DNA from: Candidatus Saccharimonadota bacterium
GTDB lineage: Bacteria > Patescibacteriota > Saccharimonadia > Saccharimonadales > UBA4665
DNA: 32,000 nt
Reading direction: 5' to 3'
Assembly: GCA_003516025.1 (NCBI GenBank)
Contig: CP023991.1
Coordinates: 629,370-661,369 of the forward strand
Shown: positions 18,760 to 26,769 of the stretch, piece after piece
Layout: every line of letters begins with the position of its first letter
Position numbering within the stretch: position 1 is the stretch's first letter
Notes under the pieces: model-generated
Seen by the model: the letters and a program-made list of their open reading frames with translations, nothing else
What the model was told of the DNA's origin: nothing
The model's database searches: none
Position numbers and translations under genes: made by a program

Positions 18760-18782
18760 TAGCCGATTCGTCGGCTATTTTT
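18760..18782 (+). terminator. Rho-independent terminator after the 3-TM gene
   Basis: tagccga-ttcg-tcggcta is a perfect 7-bp stem followed by ttttt. Confidence 0.6.
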
Positions 18783-18842
18783 GCATCGACAGATATGATT
18801 CTGCTAATTTGGCGGTTCCAAGTCCAGTTTTACTATTTTTTC

Positions 18843-19823
18843 TTATAAATCCCAGGATTTAAGTCGTTGATTGTCGCTAAGCATCTTCCAGGACAATACT
18901 TTTTCTGGGTTTTTAATTTCTGTGATGTTCTTCTTCATTTCTGAAAGACTAATATATATACGTTCATATCCCGTATTGATTGCTATGGTAGGCGCATCCT
19001 CAAAATCCCTTGATGCTTCACGCGCTTTACTCAATGTTTCGCCAATTGATGACTTTCGATTATTCCTGAAGAAGAGGCTATTCATAATACCGAAAACATT
19101 CGAGGAGTCGCGAATGACTTTTTCCGTTATAAAACGTCGATCCTCCTCATTCAAGCTCTTAAGGATACTATTTAGTTTCGGAGAGTTAGTTTCCAACCAT
19201 GAAAAGTAAGCGAACTCATGGTATTCAATCAATAAACATGAGTCTAGATCAGTTTTTAAATTCAGCCCAAGCCCCATAAATATACCCATGGCCTGACCGG
19301 CCGTTTTGGCCGTAAATACTTCGCTCACTAAAACCGATGCAGAATAGTAAATATTCAAAATATATAGTGAACCCAACGCTCGAACTAGAGAATTTATATT
19401 AGCTTTGTGTAAGTTCTTTGCACGATCATGTTTAATCGCATTATACGCAGCATAATAATCATCTTTTGAGCGATTTTTATAACCTAGCGGTGCGAAATAG
19501 GGGCTATATAAAGTAGTAAAGTAAAAGCTGTCAGTTGTTATTTTCAGTTCCTTTTTTGAAATACCCCACTTCATGTCTAATGCAGTTGCTGCCTGGCCGA
19601 CAGACTCTGGCTCTGCATCGAACTCCTTTCGATACAAATCTTTTAAAAGAGATTCAATCTCCATGGAACACCGCGATAGAAGTTCTGATATTTTGATTGA
19701 ATATACATTTATTTGCTCATCACTAAAATAAATAACCCTGGAAAGTTCTACTATCTCACGCTCAATGCTACGAAATACTGGGTAGTATAAGTTCGCCTGT
19801 ATTGTCTTGTTCGCCATTAGCAA
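18843..19823 (-). CDS. Hypothetical all-helical protein (326 aa) with an RxxxxH motif; possible HEPN-superfamily (Abi-like) protein
   Basis: TTG start 7 nt after GGAG. Motif ...DYYAAYNAIKHDRAKNLHKANINSLVRALGSLYIL... contains R134-x4-H139 (nt 19407-19424). AT-rich composition. The family assignment is from memory of HEPN signatures, not from a search. Confidence 0.55.
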   Translation of the reverse strand: MLMANKTIQANLYYPVFRSIEREIVELSRVIYFSDEQINVYSIKISELLSRCSMEIESLLKDLYRKEFDAEPESVGQAATALDMKWGISKKELKITTDSFYFTTLYSPYFAPLGYKNRSKDDYYAAYNAIKHDRAKNLHKANINSLVRALGSLYILNIYYSASVLVSEVFTAKTAGQAMGIFMGLGLNLKTDLDSCLLIEYHEFAYFSWLETNSPKLNSILKSLNEEDRRFITEKVIRDSSNVFGIMNSLFFRNNRKSSIGETLSKAREASRDFEDAPTIAINTGYERIYISLSEMKKNITEIKNPEKVLSWKMLSDNQRLKSWDL

Positions 19824-19937
19824 TATTATACTCCGCGCGTCTTTTCATTTAATGTTTACATAACAATCAAACGCCTGTATAGGCATCAACTTAATGCATT
19901 ACTAATCTGTTCAACTTAGACGTATGTGGCTCCAGTT

Positions 19938-19959
19938 GATCCCAGTTCCCGGAGCCAAG
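19938..19959 (+). repeat. Degenerate direct repeat of the tRNA-Asn 3' end (attR-like)
   Basis: gatcccagttcccggagccaag versus tRNA gaatccagtccccggagccaag (18303-18324): 19 of 22 identical, same orientation. Confidence 0.55.
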
Positions 19960-20173
19960 TTCAGAACCCAGATTAACAAAGATATCTTGCCTCTTTTTTT
20001 ATTAGGGCATGAATTCAAATAGCAACCTAATTCGCTTTTATTATTGTATTATGTTGCTTACTTAGTAAGATTGCCCAGATGAAAGAACACTATAATGGTA
20101 ACTGTACGCGGTCACGACAATCTAAAAGAAGCCAACTGTTTACAAATATTAGTTTTTATGGTATATACTATTT

Positions 20174-20587
20174 ATGGAAATTCGTTACACCGCCAAAGGA
20201 CTTGTCGGCTGTGAAAATAAAAAAATGGTATTTGTCGCGGGTAAACGAGGTATGTGGAACTTACCAGGAGGCGGTATCGACGAAGGCGAAACAGCTAAGG
20301 ATGCTTTTCTCAGGGAAGCCGACGAAGAAGTAGATAATTTTAGCGATCACTTCACCGATCCGGTTGAAGCTTTTACAGTTCAAGGACCAACCACTTCCGC
20401 CGATGGAGTACGGAAACTCGCTCACTGGGTCGTGTTTGAGTCAGCGCTGCTGATTCCATCCTCTAAACTTTCCGTCCCCGCTGACAGTGAAATAACAGCC
20501 ATAACCGCATTCACGCCCGAAGAATGTCTTGGCCATCCCAATATGTCAGATCTCGCCAAAAGCGCTGTGCGGCAAGCAATCAGATAA
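20174..20587 (+). CDS. Nudix hydrolase
   Basis: Nudix box GGGIDEGETAKDAFLREADEEV (Gx5Ex7REx2EE pattern). Confidence 0.8.
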   Translation: MEIRYTAKGLVGCENKKMVFVAGKRGMWNLPGGGIDEGETAKDAFLREADEEVDNFSDHFTDPVEAFTVQGPTTSADGVRKLAHWVVFESALLIPSSKLSVPADSEITAITAFTPEECLGHPNMSDLAKSAVRQAIR

Positions 20588-20700
20588 TAGCTTACAATTC
20601 CGAAGCTCGTCCACACAATAGCTAAGGCCGCTCCTTTTTATGTAGCCGTAAAGCCATGGTATTCGTTGACATACCTATGAGTCAGTGCTATAAACATGCA

Positions 20701-21267
20701 ATGACAGAGTTGCTCGGAGTTACAGGGCCGCAGTGCAGCGGCAAAGACACGGTCGCTGATATCTTACGGGATTTTCATGGTTTTGAAGCGGCTACAAGCA
20801 GCGATATCGTCCGTGACCACATTAAAGACAGTGGCTTAGGGGAGCCAACACGGCCGCTACTGGCCAACGCGGCCCGGCTGTTACGGGCCCAGGATCCGGC
20901 AGCTATTATAAGGGCATCTTTGGCCCGCTGCGTGACCGACAGAGTCGTAGTGTCAGGCCTCTATTCCAAAGCAGAGGCTGAATATTTCGTATACGAAGCA
21001 CAGGGAACGATTATTGGCTGCAATGCCAATCAGCCGCTTCGTTATCAACGTGCTCTGTCGCGCGGCCGGATCGGTGATGATGTCAGTTTGGATACATTCA
21101 GAAGCTGGGAAGATAACGAATCAGCATCGGTAGACCCGCGCGCCCAGTCTATAAGCGAAGTAGGCAAGTTAGCCGTCGTAACGATTGTAAACGAAGGCAC
21201 TTATGAGGAATTACAGGAACAAGTTAGTGGCACATTAACAAGATTAGGGATCAATCGACATGTATAA
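20701..21267 (+). CDS. P-loop nucleotide kinase, dNMP-kinase-like (T4 gp1-like as far as I recall); the start may be at 20656
   Basis: N-terminal GVTGPQCSGKDTVADIL (SGKDT-type P-loop) and C-terminal IVNEGTYEELQEQV. The 3' end overlaps the RNR start by 8 nt. Confidence 0.55.
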   Translation: MTELLGVTGPQCSGKDTVADILRDFHGFEAATSSDIVRDHIKDSGLGEPTRPLLANAARLLRAQDPAAIIRASLARCVTDRVVVSGLYSKAEAEYFVYEAQGTIIGCNANQPLRYQRALSRGRIGDDVSLDTFRSWEDNESASVDPRAQSISEVGKLAVVTIVNEGTYEELQEQVSGTLTRLGINRHV

Positions 21268-23023
21268 TTCAAATTTCCAACCAAGCCCGGCAGCAGAACA
21301 TGTACTTCGAACCGGCAACATACTGGGTCCGGATGAACAACCCTCTGACATGATAGAACGCGTCGTCGAGACCGCGTTCGAAGCGGAAGCATCTTTTGGC
21401 ACCGACACAGGACGGGTGGCACGACTCAAGGAAGAGTTCGGCGCTTTGTGTGACCAGGGTGATGTGGTTATGAGTACGCCAGTCCTCACCAATGCCGGCC
21501 GGTACGAGGACAAGCCCCTCACCGCCTGCACTATGCCACCTGTTGACCTGCGCGGTGATTTAAGCAATGTGAAAAGCATGGTAGATACCCTACACCAGCA
21601 GGGCATGGGCACCGGGTTTAACTTAGGTGACACCGAAGATCCGGTTGCGATGCTTAGCTACTTAAACCGGGTGGCTGTTCTGGGATCGGAAAGCGGCAAC
21701 GAAGACAGACCCGTAGGAAATATGGCCATTATACCGGTGCGACATCCTAAAATTCGCCAGTTCATCGACGCGAAGAAAGAATCAGCGCATGATGGCTCGA
21801 CCTGGAAATTTAATATTTCAGTCGATGTTGACGATGCATTCATGCGTAGTGTTGCAAACGGCGATCCAGTTCAGCTGGCCGACGGCACGCGTGTACGGGC
21901 CGACGAGCTATTCAATCAGATCAGCGAAGCAGCATATCTTTCCGCCGATCCGGGCCTTATATTCTTAGGGCGCATGAACGACCGTAATCCGACGCCTGGG
22001 GTTGGAACCTATCAGACTACCGCGCCGTGCGCGGAAGTCGGGCTGGCGCCCGGTGAAACCTGCCAGTTCGGCTATATCAACCTAGGTAATTTTACTCGAA
22101 CCAGTGAAACTGGCATCGCTATCGATTACGGCCGGTTAGCAGCAACGGCACAGATGATGACGAGGGTGCTGGACAACTGCCTGGAACTGAGTTTACAAAA
22201 TTACACCACGCCAAAAAGTGAACATATCATGCGCCTCAAAAGAAAAATTGGGGTGGGCATATGCGGCGTGGCAGACTTACTGGTACGAATGGGTATCCCG
22301 TACTCAAGCAAAGAGGCGGTAGATAAGGTTCAGGACGCCATTGGATGGGTTAATTACCAGACTAAGTTAGCGTCAATATCTTTAGCGGAAGAGCGGGGCG
22401 CTTGTGGCGCCATGAGCTTGATTAATACCAGCGCCGATCTGCCGATGAACAGGCACACGGCAGCTACGCCACTCGTGGAGTCACTATTTGGCGCGCTGGA
22501 CACCGAGATGGTTAGCGGAGACCAGTGGACGGCATTAGGCCGCGCCATTAAAACCAAGCGGCAACTCAGAAACGTCACAACCACCGCTCTGCCGCCAACA
22601 GGCAGAAGCAGTCTGATTATTGATGCTTCTACGGGCATAGAGCCGCACTTTTCATTTACCAATCGAAACGGTGAACTCAACGACAACATTAAGGCTTACC
22701 TGGGCAGTCAGGGCATCAGCGAGGAACGATTCTTTGCGGTCAAATCACAGGCAGTGGAGGCTACCTGCCATGAAGCGGCAGCCCTGGCGGCCTGTGAGAA
22801 TGCGACGGCCATTTCCGCCGAAGGACACCTGGACATGGCGTCAGGCGCGCAAAAAACTATCGATGAAGCAGTATCCAAAACGGTTAACATGCCTGCCAGC
22901 ACCCAGCCGGGCGATATCGCGGGAATTTACTATAAGGCATGGGAAGATGGTATGAGTGGTATTACAATATACCGTGAAGGTACGCACTCACTACAGCCCG
23001 TAAAACTTGAGGATAAAAAATGA
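21260..23023 (+). CDS. nrdJ: Ribonucleotide reductase, class II (adenosylcobalamin-dependent) type, short form (587 aa)
   Basis: Collinear RNR core motifs: PVLTNAG, LTACTM (redox Cys), GMGTGFN, NISVDVDDAFM, ADPGLIFLGRMN, TAPCAEVGL...ETCQFGYINL (thiyl Cys/Glu and second redox Cys), SKTVNMP, GITIYREGT. No R2 or activase gene is adjacent. Confidence 0.82.
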   Translation: MYNSNFQPSPAAEHVLRTGNILGPDEQPSDMIERVVETAFEAEASFGTDTGRVARLKEEFGALCDQGDVVMSTPVLTNAGRYEDKPLTACTMPPVDLRGDLSNVKSMVDTLHQQGMGTGFNLGDTEDPVAMLSYLNRVAVLGSESGNEDRPVGNMAIIPVRHPKIRQFIDAKKESAHDGSTWKFNISVDVDDAFMRSVANGDPVQLADGTRVRADELFNQISEAAYLSADPGLIFLGRMNDRNPTPGVGTYQTTAPCAEVGLAPGETCQFGYINLGNFTRTSETGIAIDYGRLAATAQMMTRVLDNCLELSLQNYTTPKSEHIMRLKRKIGVGICGVADLLVRMGIPYSSKEAVDKVQDAIGWVNYQTKLASISLAEERGACGAMSLINTSADLPMNRHTAATPLVESLFGALDTEMVSGDQWTALGRAIKTKRQLRNVTTTALPPTGRSSLIIDASTGIEPHFSFTNRNGELNDNIKAYLGSQGISEERFFAVKSQAVEATCHEAAALAACENATAISAEGHLDMASGAQKTIDEAVSKTVNMPASTQPGDIAGIYYKAWEDGMSGITIYREGTHSLQPVKLEDKK

Positions 23024-23469
23024 TCCGTTTTAAATTAATACCCGCCGTGTACATCGTGATTCGTAATGGTGATGAAATCTTAATGCTGCAAAGGAAAAAC
23101 ACCGGTTTTCATGACGGTGACTTTTCACTCCCCGCCGGGCATGTGGACGGCGGGGAGTCACTCAAGTCAGCCGTCCAGCGAGAAGCCCAGGAAGAGCTTG
23201 GAATTAGCATAGACCCCACCGACCTTAGCTTGGTACATGTTCTTCACCGTGGCTCAGATACGCCCAATAACGAAAATGAACGCGTCGATTTCTATTTTGC
23301 CACCAGCGGCTTCCAGGGCACTATCAGCAATAAAGAACCGGAAAAATGTGAAAAACTGGAATGGTTTACCCTGGATCATTTACCTGAAAATATAGTTCCG
23401 CAAGTCAGAAGCGTGCTGGAGTTAATGGCTCGGGAAGATATGTACAGTGAAATGGGCTGGAGCAACTAA
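23020..23469 (+). CDS. Nudix hydrolase
   Basis: Nudix box GHVDGGESLKSAVQREAQEELGI. The start overlaps the nrdJ stop (ATGA). Confidence 0.85.
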   Translation: MIRFKLIPAVYIVIRNGDEILMLQRKNTGFHDGDFSLPAGHVDGGESLKSAVQREAQEELGISIDPTDLSLVHVLHRGSDTPNNENERVDFYFATSGFQGTISNKEPEKCEKLEWFTLDHLPENIVPQVRSVLELMAREDMYSEMGWSN

Positions 23470-23479
23470 GGAGAATTAC

Positions 23480-23941
23480 ATGGCCGAGAATCTTTCTTTC
23501 CAATATTGTCAAAAACTGGTTGTCCTCAACACATCGTTAGACACAGTTTTACTGGCACAGCGCCGCGGTGAAGCCGACTATGATGACGTATTTTCATTCA
23601 TTGGCGGCAAAATGGAAACTACTGACCGGTCCCTGGTCGCGGGCATGCAACGCGAAAAAAACGAAGAAATTGGTCCGCATGCTCGTGTCAAAGTCCTGCC
23701 GAATGAAAGTTACAATGTACTTTTCCAAAAAAAAGATGGAAACAGTATGGTTTTACCGCATATAGCGAGTATATATCTTGAGGGCGACATACAACTCAAC
23801 GATGAGTACAGTTCCTATGCCTGGGTACCCCTCGACGCGTTGGAAACGTTCGAGCCTAAAATTGAAACAGTGCCCGCAGCCGCAGCATGGGCTTTGGGGC
23901 GTTTAAGCGTGGCCTTTGAAGCAGATTTTGTAGAAATCTGA
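23480..23941 (+). CDS. Nudix-family protein (divergent box)
   Basis: GGKMETTDRSLVAGMQREKNEEIGP. ATG at 23480 is preceded by aaggag (23468-23473); the track's upstream extension overlaps the previous gene. Confidence 0.7.
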   Translation: MAENLSFQYCQKLVVLNTSLDTVLLAQRRGEADYDDVFSFIGGKMETTDRSLVAGMQREKNEEIGPHARVKVLPNESYNVLFQKKDGNSMVLPHIASIYLEGDIQLNDEYSSYAWVPLDALETFEPKIETVPAAAAWALGRLSVAFEADFVEI

Positions 23942-23945
23942 AGCT

Positions 23946-24857
23946 ATGAAAATAAATCCTGATACCCAGGTAAGTTTAAGCTTGCCATTGGTCGAAACCA
24001 CTCTTGCCAGTTACGGCGTAGGGCTTTTGGAATGCAGCGAAGTACCGGAAGGCATCTCTAATACCGTCGTACAGGTAAAGGACCATGCTGACAATGATTA
24101 TTTCTTAAAATTTTACAAAACCACCCATGACCGGGAAATAGTGGTTCAGGAAGTCGAATTTGCCGGCCGGGTAGCCCTCACCGGCCTACCGGTTCCCGAA
24201 TATATTCCCCCATTAACATCCGAGAGGGTTAACTACGTTTCCAGCGTAAACGGCGAGCACGCCACTACACTCACACGGGCCTTTCAAGGGGGTCATCCAG
24301 AAACTTATAACCCGGAACTGTTGCACGATCTGGGGCGTACGCATGGCAGGTTGCATGTATATTCTCTGCAATACGGGCAGAGACCAGGCTTTAATCCAGT
24401 AGGAAATTACAATTTTTACCGACCCCAGGAATCAGAGCAGAGGTTTAAGATAATCGACGACACCAGCAGGGAAATACTGGAAGAGCTTGGCGTGCTCTGG
24501 GACGCCCTCCCGGGTGGACTTGTTCCTATGGATATTAAAAGGAATAATGTCATTACACGCGATGATACTTTAGTAGGAGTCATCGATTTCGCCGACATTA
24601 ACTACGCTCCGCTTGCTTTCTGCCTAGCGGGTACATTATGGGATATATTTGAAGCTTCTGACGGCAATAAAGCCGATCTGGAAGCGTACATACACAGTTA
24701 TGAACAGTCACGCGAGCTGACCGAGCTGGAAAAACGCGCGCTATATGACATCATCGTGCTAAGAGGCTGGATAGCGTTGCACGGGACAATGTTAACTACT
24801 CCAGATAGCTCTGTGGCCGGCAAACAGCTGCAGCTTATAGAGAGCCTACTCGAATAA
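23946..24857 (+). CDS. Phosphotransferase of the APH/choline-kinase/homoserine-kinase-II fold
   Basis: Kinase-like catalytic loop PMDIKRNNVI and metal-binding VIDFADINY, with an N-terminal nucleotide-binding lobe pattern (VVQVKD...YFLKFY). Confidence 0.75.
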   Translation: MKINPDTQVSLSLPLVETTLASYGVGLLECSEVPEGISNTVVQVKDHADNDYFLKFYKTTHDREIVVQEVEFAGRVALTGLPVPEYIPPLTSERVNYVSSVNGEHATTLTRAFQGGHPETYNPELLHDLGRTHGRLHVYSLQYGQRPGFNPVGNYNFYRPQESEQRFKIIDDTSREILEELGVLWDALPGGLVPMDIKRNNVITRDDTLVGVIDFADINYAPLAFCLAGTLWDIFEASDGNKADLEAYIHSYEQSRELTELEKRALYDIIVLRGWIALHGTMLTTPDSSVAGKQLQLIESLLE

Positions 24858-24885
24858 AAGCAGTACAGGCCGATGGTAAAATATA

Positions 24886-24894
24886 TGCTATAGT
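24886..24894 (+). promoter_or_regulatory. Candidate extended -10 promoter upstream of the MFS gene
   Basis: TGcTATAGT at 24886-24894. It would give a 5' leader of about 115 nt. Confidence 0.3.
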
Positions 24895-25015
24895 TTTCAT
24901 GAAGCATTACAAAAGTCACGGTCCGGTTATGGTAGTCCGGATGGCGTTTACAACAAACGCTCGTACACTTATTGTCCCGTACAGCTTCCTTGATACTAAT
25001 TAAGGAGGGCATACT

Positions 25016-26479
25016 GTGGCCGACACAACACATAAAACAACTAACCCATGGAAAATATTCGCCGTACTGCTAATAGGCGGCTTTATGGCACTGCTGGATG
25101 TGACCATCGTAAACGTAGCATTGCCCAGTATGCAGACTGGGCTGCAAGCAAGTAGTTCAGCACTGGAGTGGATCGTCGCGGGCTATGCCCTTACGCTAGG
25201 GCTGAGCCTCATACCCGCCGGAAGGATTGGCGACAACATCGGTCACCGCCAGACTTTTCTAGCCGGTATGGCAGTCTTTACGGTAGCGAGTTTACTGTGC
25301 AGTATCGCGCAGACACCGACGCAAATTATTATCGCACGGCTACTGCAAGGCGTTGGCGCGGGTATCTTCCAACCGGCCATTACATCGTATATCCAACTAT
25401 TATTTCAAGGCAAAGACCGCAGCAAGGCCTTCGGTATATTTGGCGCTATTATCGGTCTTAGTTCAGCGCTCGGACCATTAGTCGGCGGACTTCTCGTGCA
25501 AAGCGGTGGAGCGGATCTTGGTTGGCGGCTGGTTTTCCTGGTTAATGTACCGATCGGCATCGCCTTACTGCCGCTGGCATACAAAATGCTTCCGCGCAAC
25601 GAACACGTCGGCCGGCGTAAACATGGCCTCGACCCTATCGGGCTGACACTACTCAGTGCCGGCCTACTACTGGTACTGGTACCGCTCATAGAAGGGCAGC
25701 AATTAGACTGGCCGCTGTGGACATTTGTTTGTCTCATAACGGCATTGCCGGTCTTCTTCGCGCTTTGGCAATGGGAACGGCGGCTTGATGATGCCAGCCA
25801 GGAACCAGTACTACCAATCCACCTGCTCAGGCAGCGTAACTTTTTGGCAGGCTGCATACTGGCCCTCGTATATTTCGCTTCGTTTACCAGCATCTTCTTT
25901 ACGCTATCTATCCTGTGGCAGAGCGGATTCGCGCATAACGCGCTCGCTACCGGCCTCGCGATAGTGCCATTTGCGCTTGGAAGCATGGTAGCCGCCGCGC
26001 AGAGCCACAAACTATCCGAACGCCTGGGGCGGCGCATACTGGCGATCGGCACTGGCTTGGTGTCACTTGGCTTGATCCTAACACTGGTTGTCCTCAGTGA
26101 AGCCCAGGCACCCTTTAGTTCGTGGTTATTATTCGGGCCGCTGCTAATAGCAGGTATAGGCAACGGATTGTTTATCGCTCCAAACCAAGACTTTATTCTT
26201 GCCGGTGTCGAGCGCCGCGATGCCGGCGCCGCCGCAGGCGTACTATCCACGGCCCAGCGAATCGGTAGCTCACTTGGTATCGCTGCTATCGGTACACTGC
26301 TGTTCAGCCATATCACGGTACAGGGTAATGGCGCGCAAGCTGTCGCGGAGGGGTTTTCTCATGGCGCTCAAGCGGCGTTTGTACTTAATATCGCGCTGAT
26401 CCTCGTTTCATTCATGTTAGTATTCGCTCTGCCAAAGAATCTAGGCAATAATGCGCATGCCGTAGAACCTGCCAATTAA
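25016..26479 (+). CDS. MFS transporter, DHA2 (EmrB/QacA-like, 14-TMS) drug:H+ antiporter type
   Basis: About 14 hydrophobic segments. MFS motif A-like GRIGDNIGHRQTF. GTG start 7 nt after aaggaggg. Confidence 0.9.
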   Translation: MADTTHKTTNPWKIFAVLLIGGFMALLDVTIVNVALPSMQTGLQASSSALEWIVAGYALTLGLSLIPAGRIGDNIGHRQTFLAGMAVFTVASLLCSIAQTPTQIIIARLLQGVGAGIFQPAITSYIQLLFQGKDRSKAFGIFGAIIGLSSALGPLVGGLLVQSGGADLGWRLVFLVNVPIGIALLPLAYKMLPRNEHVGRRKHGLDPIGLTLLSAGLLLVLVPLIEGQQLDWPLWTFVCLITALPVFFALWQWERRLDDASQEPVLPIHLLRQRNFLAGCILALVYFASFTSIFFTLSILWQSGFAHNALATGLAIVPFALGSMVAAAQSHKLSERLGRRILAIGTGLVSLGLILTLVVLSEAQAPFSSWLLFGPLLIAGIGNGLFIAPNQDFILAGVERRDAGAAAGVLSTAQRIGSSLGIAAIGTLLFSHITVQGNGAQAVAEGFSHGAQAAFVLNIALILVSFMLVFALPKNLGNNAHAVEPAN

Positions 26480-26498
26480 TTAATGCTATAGTTTAAGT

Positions 26499-26753
26499 AT
26501 GTTACTCAGCTCACTTCCTAGCGGTGTCGTACACAAAATTCCTGCTGATTTGCGCAAGGCGCTTACTGGCTCCGCGGATGCCCGTAAAGCCTGGAAAGAC
26601 ATCACCCCATTGGCGCGCAACGAGTGGATCTGCTGGGTTGAAAATGCTAAGCTCATTGAAACTCGAAACCGGCGCATCACCCGAACAACGGAGAACCTGG
26701 CGGCAGGTAAGCGCCGGCCATGCTGCTGGGCCGCTTGCCAGCACCGTAAGTAG
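26499..26753 (+). CDS. YdeI/OmpD-associated family small protein
   Basis: PADLRKAL...ARKAWKDITPLARNEWICWVENAKLIETRNRRI...GKRRPCCW matches the family's characteristic pattern. Confidence 0.75.
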   Translation: MLLSSLPSGVVHKIPADLRKALTGSADARKAWKDITPLARNEWICWVENAKLIETRNRRITRTTENLAAGKRRPCCWAACQHRK

Positions 26754-26769
26754 CAACCTTGGACGTAAT

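Larger units (their letters stand above)
18323..19959. mobile_element. Putative integrase-less genomic islet (remnant) inserted at the tRNA-Asn 3' end
   Basis: The region is visibly AT-richer than its flanks. It starts at the tRNA 3' end and stops at a 22-nt sequence (19938-19959) matching tRNA positions 18303-18324 at 19 of 22 bases. Confidence 0.4.

Noticed and set aside
19824-20173. 350-nt AT-rich non-coding stretch considered for a small RNA or tmRNA gene, given its position near smpB.
   Set aside because: No tRNA-like acceptor/T-arm pair plus tag reading frame is visible. The only tRNA-like piece is the 22-nt att-like repeat. ORF 20079-20333 overlaps the Nudix start and lacks support.
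24858-25015. Possible riboswitch or leader upstream of the MFS transporter, with short hairpins such as gcgttt-acaac-aaacgc.
   Set aside because: I cannot match it to any riboswitch consensus I know, including the guanidine/ykkC-type often found before exporters. The stems are short. It is left as an unexplained ~115-nt leader rather than a claim.
25405-26316. 303-aa minus-strand ORF inside the MFS transporter gene.
   Set aside because: It is antisense to a gene with an unmistakable 14-TM MFS pattern. The product is Arg/Ser/Pro-rich low complexity with no recognisable motif, so it is a shadow ORF.
26524-26769. 82-codon N-terminal extension of the HAD hydrolase ORF as listed in the track.
   Set aside because: It overlaps, in another frame, the well-supported YdeI-like gene (26499-26753). 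The HAD motif I (DADGT) follows directly after the internal ATG at 26770.
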